A DNA stretch of 64,000 nt from the IMG/VR virus record IMGVR_UViG_3300044991_001466; one strand, given 5' to 3'. The notes beneath the pieces are model-generated. The model was not told the DNA's origin, made no database searches, and saw only the letters and a list, made by a program, of their open reading frames with translations. Below, piece by piece: positions 27,503-36,700 of this stretch. The position numbers and the translations under genes were made by a program. Numbering within the stretch: the first letter of the stretch is position 1; each line of letters begins with the position of its first letter. This DNA comes from a virus (Duplodnaviria > Caudoviricetes).

Positions 27503-29989
27503 ATGGCAAATTCAAACAGAGTATTCGTTTCTCCAGGTGTATATACATCTGAGAAGGATCTAACATTCGTAGCGCAAAGCGTCGGAGTAACAACATTGGG
27601 TTTAGTGGGTGAAACCTTAAAGGGTCCCGCATTTGAACCTATTTTAATTGGAAACTTCGATGAATATAAAACATACTTCGGACCAACTTCACCTGAAAAA
27701 TATGGTGACGGTAACCCAAAATACGAATTAGGGTATGTTGCAAAATCATATTTACAAGAATCCAACCAATTATTCGTAACAAGAGTATTGGGATTAACAG
27801 GATATAAAGCAGGAAAAACATTCGGAATTAAAACTTTAGGTATTACGGGTAACACTTATGGAAACATTGTGGTTGCTGCGTTAAGATCAAGAGGACGTTA
27901 TTCAGGTGAAACTTTAATATATGAAGTTACAGGTAACACCTCATTTGAAATTGCTTCAGGTACAACTTTAGAATCAAATCCATTAGCCGAATTTACAATT
28001 AATGTAACGGGTGTAACTGGAGGTGCAAAATCATTCACTTGTAGTTTAGATACAACATCTCCAAAATTTATAACTAAAGTATTAGGAACTGCACCGTTTG
28101 ATAAGGCTTATGGTGATGTACCACTTTACGTACATGAAGTTTATCCAAATTTAAATTTAAACCTTTACCGCAAGGGTTCAATTAGTGGACTAAGTTTAAC
28201 TGAGGTATATAACGCTGAAGGTAATAATTTTGCTGACGGGTATAGTGCAGATGATTTATCTAAATTAGCTGCTATTTCACCAACTGTAGTTTCAGAAGTA
28301 AGAGGTGGTAAAGTTGACGAATTATTTGATGTCATTACAATTTCAGACGGGGATACCGCAAATATTGAGGTTAAAATAACGATACAAAATATTAATTTAG
28401 ATACTGGAGAATTTGATTTATTAGTTCGTGATTTTAATGACTCTGATGAAAATATGGTTGCGTTAGAGAAGTTTACAAGATGTAGTATGAATCCAGATGT
28501 TGCAGGTTATATCGCAAGAAAAATTGGAACATCTGATGGTGAATATTCATTAAATTCAAAATATATCATGTTATCAATGAGTGATAATGCGCCTGTCGAT
28601 GCATTTCCAGCAGGATTTAAAGGATTTGCAGGAGCAACAATCTCAGGGGCTACGTTAGGTAGTGTTTTATATAAAACTGAATTTTTTGATGCTGGAGATA
28701 CAATATATACAGGAGCCACTCTTTCAGGTTATACAGGATTAACAAGTAGTGGTGACAAATATAGAAAAACGTCATTAGGTTTATCTTCTGATGGTTATTA
28801 TAATTTTGATAGTGATTTATTTAAATATAAAGGTACGGGTTCTACTATGAATTATACCAATGGATTCCATTTGTCAACAAACGCATCTTCAATCACAGGA
28901 ACAACATATCAATGTACTCCATATGATTTAGAGGGTCAAAGTGGTGGAGATGGAAATAAATTAACATCTATTAACTATCGTAAATTCACATTTGCTGCTT
29001 GTGGTGGTCATGATGGTTGGGATATCTATAGACAAACAAGAACAAACACAGACGCATATGTCTTTGGAAAAAATACATATACATCAGGTAATACAACTAA
29101 TGGAGGGTTATTTGGAACAGCATTTGGTACCGCTAACTCAGATTTATACTCTTATTTAAAGGGTATTGAAACATTTGCCAATCCTGAGGCTGTTAATATT
29201 AACGTATTTGCAACTCCAGGTATCAATTTCTTTGACCACTCATCTTTAGTTACACAAGCTATTGATATGGTTGAAAATGATAGAGCGGATTCAATCTATA
29301 TTATTGGTTCTCCTAATGAATCGGCTTCAGCAAATGTTATTTCAGATTTAGAAGAACAAGGAATTGATTCTAACTATTCTGCAACATATTGGCCTTGGAT
29401 TCAAGTAAGAGACACAGATAACGCAACTCAACTATATATCCCACCAACAGGTGAGGTTGTTAGAAACATTGCGTTGACAGATAACGTTTCTTATCCTTGG
29501 TTCGCGGTGGCAGGTTATTCAAGAGGTTTGGTAAATGCAATTAAAGCAACCAAAAAATTAACTCTTGATGAAAGAGATGAATTATACAAGAACAGAATTA
29601 ACCCAATCGCAACATTCTCTGATACAGGTACTATTATTTGGGGTAACAAAACGTTACAAGTTAGAGAATCTGCTTTAGATAGAATTAACGTAAGAAGATT
29701 ACTATTGAGAGCAAGAAAGTTAATATCAGCTGTAGCTGTTAGATTGTTGTTTGAACAAAACGACGACCAAGTAAGACAAGAATTCTTAAGATTGGTAAAT
29801 CCAATTTTGGAAGCAATTAAGAAAGAGAGAGGTCTTTATGATTTCCGTGTAAGTGTATCAAATTCTCCTGAAGATATTGATGCTAACACATTGAGAGGTA
29901 AGATTTACATCAAACCAACTCGTTCTCTTGAATTTATTGATTTGGAATTCATTATTACTCCAACAGGAGCTTCATTTGAAAATATCTAA
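27503..29989 (+). CDS. gp18: Tail sheath protein
   Basis: SPGVYTSEKD N-terminus; YWPW, PPTG..WFAVAGYSRG, INPI, WGNKT, RINVRRL and IYIKPTRSLEFI motifs. Confidence 0.95.
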   Translation: MANSNRVFVSPGVYTSEKDLTFVAQSVGVTTLGLVGETLKGPAFEPILIGNFDEYKTYFGPTSPEKYGDGNPKYELGYVAKSYLQESNQLFVTRVLGLTGYKAGKTFGIKTLGITGNTYGNIVVAALRSRGRYSGETLIYEVTGNTSFEIASGTTLESNPLAEFTINVTGVTGGAKSFTCSLDTTSPKFITKVLGTAPFDKAYGDVPLYVHEVYPNLNLNLYRKGSISGLSLTEVYNAEGNNFADGYSADDLSKLAAISPTVVSEVRGGKVDELFDVITISDGDTANIEVKITIQNINLDTGEFDLLVRDFNDSDENMVALEKFTRCSMNPDVAGYIARKIGTSDGEYSLNSKYIMLSMSDNAPVDAFPAGFKGFAGATISGATLGSVLYKTEFFDAGDTIYTGATLSGYTGLTSSGDKYRKTSLGLSSDGYYNFDSDLFKYKGTGSTMNYTNGFHLSTNASSITGTTYQCTPYDLEGQSGGDGNKLTSINYRKFTFAACGGHDGWDIYRQTRTNTDAYVFGKNTYTSGNTTNGGLFGTAFGTANSDLYSYLKGIETFANPEAVNINVFATPGINFFDHSSLVTQAIDMVENDRADSIYIIGSPNESASANVISDLEEQGIDSNYSATYWPWIQVRDTDNATQLYIPPTGEVVRNIALTDNVSYPWFAVAGYSRGLVNAIKATKKLTLDERDELYKNRINPIATFSDTGTIIWGNKTLQVRESALDRINVRRLLLRARKLISAVAVRLLFEQNDDQVRQEFLRLVNPILEAIKKERGLYDFRVSVSNSPEDIDANTLRGKIYIKPTRSLEFIDLEFIITPTGASFENI

Positions 29990-30011
29990 TCTAAAAGGAG
30001 ATATAAATAAG

Positions 30012-30037
30012 AAGGGGGTCGAAAGACCTCCTTTTTT
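30012..30037 (+). terminator. Intrinsic terminator after the sheath gene
   Basis: AAGGGGGTC-GAAA-GACCTCCTT stem with GNRA loop, followed by a T tract. Confidence 0.85.
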
Positions 30038-30047
30038 GTTTGTGGAA

Positions 30048-30063
30048 TGCTCCACGTGGAACG
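30048..30063. promoter_or_regulatory. parS-like palindrome TGCTCCACGTGGAACG
   Basis: 14/16 identity to the symmetric parS variant TGTTCCACGTGGAACA; lies in a non-coding region. Confidence 0.4.
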
Positions 30064-30095
30064 TTTTACGAGAAAAATAAATGTATACTCGGCCC

Positions 30096-30133
30096 AGTAT
30101 ATACTAGTATATACTAGTATATTCTAGAACTAG
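30096..30133. repeat. Tandem palindromic 10-mers (AGTATATACT)x2 plus degenerate copies
   Basis: AGTATATACT AGTATATACT AGTATATTCT AGAACT AG; each exact unit is self-complementary. Confidence 0.85.
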
Positions 30134-30325
30134 TTATTTAAGTATTTATATTTAATAAAGAGATATAAGAGTTTATACTGGAACTAGATACTGGAGCCTG
30201 TAAAAAACTACGAAAAATAATTGACATTATCAAGTACTTTAATAAAAATAGTAAAAATAAATTATTTTCCAATATAGATATATTTATAAGAAGTATAAAA
30301 TAACAAAAAATTTAACAAATACAAA

Positions 30326-30814
30326 ATGGCAGATTTACTAATGAAAATGCCGGTTCCATATGAACCGAAAAGAACAAACCGATTTATCTTAAGATTTCCA
30401 TCTTCATTGGGGATTAATGAATGGTACGTGTTCTCAACATCTAGACCAAAAGCAAAAATAAAATCAGTAGAGATACCATTCTTGAATACTTCAACATACG
30501 TGGCGGGTAGATTTGAGTGGGAGGAAATGTCTGTAACGTTTAAAGACCCAATTGGTCCTTCTGCATCACAAGCGTTAATGGAATGGTTCCGTTTACATGC
30601 TGAATCAGTTACAGGTCGTATGGGTTATGCTGCTGGTTATAAAAAAGACATTGAACTTGAGATGTTAGACCCAACAGGTGTTGTGGTTGAAAAATGGATT
30701 TTACAAGGTACTTTCTTAACAGGATTGAACTTTGGAGATTTGGACTACTCAAGAGACGATATTGCAACTATTCAAGCTTCTTTAAGAATGGATAGATGTA
30801 TTCAAGTTTATTAA
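30326..30814 (+). CDS. gp19: Tail tube protein
   Basis: 162 aa directly after the sheath gene; EPKRTNRF, AGRFEW..VTFKD and YKKDI.L.MLDPTG..W.L.G.F motifs. Confidence 0.9.
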   Translation: MADLLMKMPVPYEPKRTNRFILRFPSSLGINEWYVFSTSRPKAKIKSVEIPFLNTSTYVAGRFEWEEMSVTFKDPIGPSASQALMEWFRLHAESVTGRMGYAAGYKKDIELEMLDPTGVVVEKWILQGTFLTGLNFGDLDYSRDDIATIQASLRMDRCIQVY

Positions 30815-30838
30815 TATTACATTTTTTTCATACATAAG

Positions 30839-30872
30839 ACCGATAACTCAGAAATGGGATATCGGTTTTTTT
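30839..30872 (+). terminator. Intrinsic terminator after the tube gene
   Basis: ACCGATA-A-CTCA-GAAA-TGGG-A-TATCGGT followed by a T tract. Confidence 0.8.
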
Positions 30873-30917
30873 ATTTATAAACTTTACTTTCTCGTAGTTA
30901 TAGTATAAACTTATACT

Positions 30918-31667
30918 ATGGAAGAATATAAAATTGACCCAACAATCGCATATGACGTTGTAGAATTACCTAGTCGAGGAATTTACTACGCCAACAACAA
31001 GAAATCACTCAAAATTTCTTATTTAACCGCTGCGGATGAAAACATATTGGCAGCACCAAATTTAATACAGACAAATCAAATTGTTACAGAACTTTTAAAA
31101 AGAAAAGTTTTAGACAAAGATATGAATGTAGATGATTTAATTGAAGAGGATAAACAAGCGATTTTAATATTTTTACGAAACACAGCATTTGGCACGGAAT
31201 ATAAGTTGACATTAACTGACCCAAAAACGGATAAGACATTTGACATTGAGGTTGATTTAAGTTCATTGGATTTTAAACCATTTGATTTGGTTCCTGATGC
31301 AAATGGGGAATATTCATATTTTATGGAAAAAAGTAAAATTGATGTTACATTTAAATTTTTAACACAAAAACAAGAATTAGAAATAAAAGAAATTCAAAAG
31401 AGTTGGAATGGTAACGGGGTTGCACCAATTATCACAAAACAACTTGAATTTATGATTAAATCAATTAAGGGTAACAGAGATATTATGAATATCAGAAACC
31501 TAATTGAAAATTTACCAATAAGAGATTCCCAAAGTTTCAGGAAATTTATCAACGATAAAAAACCTGGAATCAATTTAAACAAAAAAACAACGACCCCTTC
31601 AGGAGAAGAAATCCAATTTGAAATTGGGTTTGGGGTAGAGTTTTTTCGCCCTTTCTACGGATTATAA
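30918..31667 (+). CDS. Tail/baseplate assembly chaperone, gp26-like
   Basis: VVELPSRG.YY, YLTAADENIL and DKQAILIFLR..FG.EY pattern; ends GVEFF; lies between the tube and tape measure genes. Confidence 0.7.
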   Translation: MEEYKIDPTIAYDVVELPSRGIYYANNKKSLKISYLTAADENILAAPNLIQTNQIVTELLKRKVLDKDMNVDDLIEEDKQAILIFLRNTAFGTEYKLTLTDPKTDKTFDIEVDLSSLDFKPFDLVPDANGEYSYFMEKSKIDVTFKFLTQKQELEIKEIQKSWNGNGVAPIITKQLEFMIKSIKGNRDIMNIRNLIENLPIRDSQSFRKFINDKKPGINLNKKTTTPSGEEIQFEIGFGVEFFRPFYGL

Positions 31668-31797
31668 GCGAAATCAATTAACGGAGATACTATTTTTAGT
31701 GAAAAGAGGGTTTTCATATGGGGATATTATGTCAATGCCAGTCTATGTTAGAAAATATTTTATTTCATTCATGATGGAATTAGAAAACTCTAACTAA
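31639..31797 (+). CDS. Hidden gp51-like frame (52 codons), probably reached by +1 frameshift from the chaperone
   Basis: The +1 frame reads SFFALSTDYKRNQLTEILFLVKRGFSYGDIMSMPVYVRKYFISFMMELENSN. It has no ATG, GTG or TTG in its first 20 codons and opens over TTTTTTC. Confidence 0.65.
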   Translation, partial: SFFALSTDYKRNQLTEILFLVKRGFSYGDIMSMPVYVRKYFISFMMELENSN

Positions 31798-31810
31798 TCT
31801 ATTTATATGT

Positions 31811-33697
31811 ATGGCAACAATTAATTGGGAAGAGGCGGGTAAAACATCAAAATCATTAAGACATGATGATAAACAATCCCGAGAATATGCAAAAAAGTTA
31901 AATAATGGTAACGATTTAACAATGGCAGAAACCGCGTCGTTTGCTAAGGGATATGTTGGTACCGGTAAAGAGACGTCACAAGTGTCTACTAACGTATTTA
32001 AAGGAGTTTTAGGTTCATTAAAATCACAAGAGGCTGGAGGTTCATATGGTGATAGTAAGGGGATTATGGGTGTTGACAAAATGGCCGAATTGGCATTTGA
32101 TACCGAAGGTTCTTTTTTAAAAATAGATAAAATAATCGGTAATATTGCAAAATATGGTTTAGAACAAGTAAATCAAGAATGGGCTAATCAAGCAACATTA
32201 CTAACAGATGTTAATACTAAAACTGGTTTAACAGGTAAATTATCAAAAGATTATAGAGAAGAAGTTTCGGCAGCATATCCTGCATTAGCAAGGTTAGGTA
32301 TTGAATATTCTGAATTAGCAAACGCAGCAGTTTCATTAGTTCAACAATCTGGAAAGTTTAATTTAATAAATCAAGAGACGTTTGAGTCTATGGGTTTAGC
32401 AGCTAAAGCCTATGTTGGTAGTTTGGCTGAAGTTGTTGAAATGATACCTGGATTTGAAAGGGTTGGTATTGGTGCAACGGGAGTTGTTAAATCGGTGTCA
32501 GAAGCTGGTGCAAGATCATTAACTCTTGGTTTAAATTCACAAAAAATCACAAAAGAATTGGGTCAAAATATTGGATTATTGAATTCATACGGTTTTCAAA
32601 ATGGTGTTCAAGGACTTGAAAGAATGGTTCAAAAAGCAACCGAGTTTAGAATTAGTATTGCTGAGGTTTCTAAATTGGCGGATAATGTGTTCACACCTGA
32701 AAAGGCCATTGATTTGGCTGCAAATTTACAAGTGTTAGGTGGAGCAATAGGGGATTTTAACGACCCACTTAAATTAATGTATATGGCCACGAATAATGTG
32801 GAAGGTTTACAAGATGCGTTAATTGGTGCTGCCGGTTCATTAGCAACATATAATCAAGAACAAGGAAGATTTGAAGTAACAGGACTTAACTTAAGAAAGG
32901 CAAGAGAAATGGCTCAAGCGTTAGGTGTTGATTATAAGGAACTAACCAATGCTGCGGTTGCGGCACAAGAAAGGTTAACAGCGGGAGAATCTTTATCAGG
33001 ACTTAGTATAAAAGCGGAAGATAAGGAATTCTTAACAAATATTGCACAGATGAAAGACGGTAAAATGACCGTCGCATTACAATCTAAAGAATTACAAGAC
33101 TATTTTGGTAAAACGTCTGTAGCGTTGGAAGATTTATCATCATCACAAGCTGATAAGTTATTGGATTATAAAAAAGAATTTGAAAAATTACCACCAGAAG
33201 AAATTGTTAGAAAACAAGCCACTGATATTGAAAATATTAGAAGAGATTTAACTTTCTTAGTTGCATCTGCAAGACTTGAGGGTACTAAATTAATAAAGGC
33301 GGTTGCGGATAGTACTGGATTATCATTAGAAAAAGCTGCGAAATATGTAAAAGATATGACAGGTTCAAGTGAGTCCGAAGTTAAAAAACAATTAGCACAA
33401 TTAACTGCTGAACAGAAAAAAGATAATGATAAAAAGGCTCAAAAAGTTAATGTAAATGCCCCAAAATCAAACGAAAATATAACCGCAGAACAAGTTAAGA
33501 ATGCTGCCGATAAAAAAGTTGCAGACGCAGGAAACTCAACACGAAATGTAAACATGAATATTAAAACTGAAGTTCAAGTTCCTGCGGTTATGGACGCACT
33601 TCAAAGAGAAATTGTAAAAGACCAAAGTTTATTCTCAAGTTGGGGTGCAAAAATAGATTCGGAGTTAACAACACCTTCAGTTGCTAAAGGAAGATAA
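31811..33697 (+). CDS. Tape measure-like protein (628 aa)
   Basis: A/G/L-rich helical sequence directly after the chaperone gene; size comparable to T4 gp29. Confidence 0.7.
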   Translation: MATINWEEAGKTSKSLRHDDKQSREYAKKLNNGNDLTMAETASFAKGYVGTGKETSQVSTNVFKGVLGSLKSQEAGGSYGDSKGIMGVDKMAELAFDTEGSFLKIDKIIGNIAKYGLEQVNQEWANQATLLTDVNTKTGLTGKLSKDYREEVSAAYPALARLGIEYSELANAAVSLVQQSGKFNLINQETFESMGLAAKAYVGSLAEVVEMIPGFERVGIGATGVVKSVSEAGARSLTLGLNSQKITKELGQNIGLLNSYGFQNGVQGLERMVQKATEFRISIAEVSKLADNVFTPEKAIDLAANLQVLGGAIGDFNDPLKLMYMATNNVEGLQDALIGAAGSLATYNQEQGRFEVTGLNLRKAREMAQALGVDYKELTNAAVAAQERLTAGESLSGLSIKAEDKEFLTNIAQMKDGKMTVALQSKELQDYFGKTSVALEDLSSSQADKLLDYKKEFEKLPPEEIVRKQATDIENIRRDLTFLVASARLEGTKLIKAVADSTGLSLEKAAKYVKDMTGSSESEVKKQLAQLTAEQKKDNDKKAQKVNVNAPKSNENITAEQVKNAADKKVADAGNSTRNVNMNIKTEVQVPAVMDALQREIVKDQSLFSSWGAKIDSELTTPSVAKGR

Positions 33698-33730
33698 TTA
33701 GTTTATACCTATTTATATTAAAACAGAATA

Positions 33731-36700
33731 ATGCCAAGTTACTTAGATTTTGATTCAACCAAAAGTTTTAGGGATAAAATATTAGGTAAAACGTTAAATA
33801 AACCAAATGGTCCACAAACGTTTACCAATACAGACTATAGTGTACAAAATTTAAGTGATACTGCCAATAAAGATTTAGACAACGTTGACACTAATAGAGG
33901 TAAAGATTTATTAATACCACAGAATTCCAATACATTTAAACCTGAAATTTACACAATTAAAGAGGATTTAAATACATTACCAAGAAGGTCTAATTTAAAC
34001 CTATACCCATATTTTCCAACTAACGGACAATCATATAATTTGATTGGAATAATGAATACAGACCGATATGATACTGAGTCTGAATTATTCAAATTTGCGG
34101 CTAATAACATTAAAAATAACACAGATGGTCCTGTATATTCAAGAATTGCTCAAAATGTTGCAAAAAACACTTTAGGTAGAGTTAGAATTCTTGATGCGTT
34201 AAATGGTAATACAACCACCGCGGTAAACATTATCACAGGTAGGGAACCCTTAATTGAATCAAATTATAAAATTACGGTTGATAATACATTAAGTATTCCG
34301 GGTCAAGCTGCAAATTTTTTGGAGATTGTATCTGGCATCCAATTACCGTTCTCAACAATACCTGGAGATTACCTTAGTAATCCATCAAATCCAATCAATT
34401 ACAGACCTGTGGCTTCCACGGAGTTAGGTAAACTATATCAAGATGTAACTGGCGCTTTAGGTTCCTTAATTGGAATAAAAAGACGTCCTAAATTAGATAG
34501 AAAACCTTCTGACCTATTGATTGAACATATGGGTCAAGGACAGAAAAATAGATTATTTGATTTGTTGTCATTTTCAAAATATTCACCAAATTACACAACA
34601 ACCGCTAGATCACAAAACACATCAAAAATATTTAGTTATGTTGATAAAGCAGCACAAGGTGTTAAAAATTTATTAGGGTTAGAGGCACCAAAAGGTATTG
34701 CATATATTGGTGACGATAGAGGAGAGGATGTGAAATATGCGATGAATGATTTTAATGATAGACCTGTTAGAAGTAGTTACTATTTAACACTATTATTTGA
34801 TGAGGTGTCAGCAAATTTATTTCACTCAACTAAAAATTATACAGAAGGTGGTTCAGTTGGTGGTAAATTATCATGGATTAGTAAAAACTCTAAAAATGAG
34901 TTAGGAGCTAATAACCAACAATATACTGATAGTGCTTCAGCATTAACAGAATCCTTATCAACAAAATACGGTTTTAGGTCGGATTCTATATTAGGAATTA
35001 CACAAGAAATATTGGATTCAATGCCATCAGATGGTGGGGCCGCTCGTTCACATGTTGCAAATGTCATTGACCAAACAAGTAGAATATTCCAAGACGGTGA
35101 TATTAAAATATCACGAGGTTCAGCAATTAAGTATACCGATAAGTACGGTGGTGAAAAGGGTGTTGAGTATTGTAGAGTTTGGACAAAAGATAGACCATAT
35201 TCACATCTTTCAGATACAATGAAAAGAACGTCAATTATTAGAAAATATGACGGTAGTGTTATGGGTGGAGGAAGTCGTCCTTGGAATTTGAATATTGGAC
35301 CGATGTCAAATGGTAGAAAATCATTTGATAATTCAACCAACATCAAAGATGGACAAGCTAAAAAGTATATGTTTTCTTTTGAAAATTTGGCATGGAAATC
35401 GTCAAATAGAGATGGATTTAGAGTTTCAGACTTACCTGTTTGTGAAAGAGGTCCAAATGGTGGTCGTGTTATGTGGTTTCCACCTTATGATTTAAAGGTA
35501 AGTGAACAAAACGCGGCAAGATGGGAAGAAAATTCATTTTTAGGAAGACCTGAACCAATATACACATATCAAAACACAGCAAGAAGTGGACAAGTTTCAT
35601 TTAAAGTTGTTGTTGATCATCCAAGTATTTTAAATCTTTTAGTGAGAGAACATTTTGGTGGAATGAGTGATGAAGAATCTGAAAATTATATTAACGCATT
35701 TTTTGCTGGATGTAAAGATGAGGATTTTTATAGTTTAATTCAAAAATACACACAATTAGATCAGAATGATGTAAACAATATTAAGGCGTATTTGAATGCG
35801 GGTTCACCTAAAGAGATTATTAAAAAATTCAAATATACATCAGAGGATGTTAAAATATCAAAACCAGATACGAATTCAGAAAAAACTAATCAACCGGCAC
35901 CATTTGAAAAACAATTCTATTTTGATAATGATTTTCCAAAAGTTGGTAGTGACGATGAAAAATCAAGTCAAACATATTCACAATTATTTGCCGCTTATTC
36001 AGGAAAAAGCGGAACTTTTGTTACCGATTTAGATGGTGATTTAAAAAAATTATTTACAGGAACCACCACAAATTATATATCAGATATTAAAACGTTATTT
36101 GGTGACACTACGGTTACAGGTTCAACAATTAGTGCAACCACAATAAATAACCAAACAACTAAAATAACAAACGCATTTAGTGAATTAACTAACACATATA
36201 ATTCATATATTGGTAAGATTAATGAAATTAAAACGGGTTTAGAAAAAAATAATATTAAAGAAGTTAATTTTAGAATTTTTACATCAACATCAGAAGTTGC
36301 TGACGACACGTATAATTTTTATTTAGGTGTAAGAAGAATTCACAGTATAATTCTTGATATTTTTGATAAAATTAAAAAAGACAAAACACCAAATTTAAAG
36401 TGGCCGTCCAAAAAAGAGTTTTCAAATTTCCAAAAAAAGGGGTTTCCACTTTCACAATTTCCATTTGGTTATACATTTGAAGATTTTGGTTATGTTGGTA
36501 ATAAAGGTGTTATAACTTTTGTACATAAAACCGAGGGTGAAAGTGCTGTGTTATCAAACGGTGGAGGTGAAAAAAATCTTGATTGTAAGACAAAATTAAA
36601 TACAACATTTGGTTTAAAAACAACTGCACCTGTTGCATTCTTTTGTAGACAGGCTAATGTTAGTATTGAAGTTAGTACAAACCCAACAGAAACAAAAGAA

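Noticed and set aside
27387-27632. Long 133-aa version of the minus-strand ORF 27231-27632
   Set aside because: Its 5' part overlaps the sheath gene antisense; the ATG at 27386 gives a coherent RHH protein.
30221-30249. TTGACA as a sigma70 -35 element upstream of the tube gene
   Set aside because: No convincing -10 element at 17-bp spacing; the TATTTAT motif at 30281 explains tube expression better.
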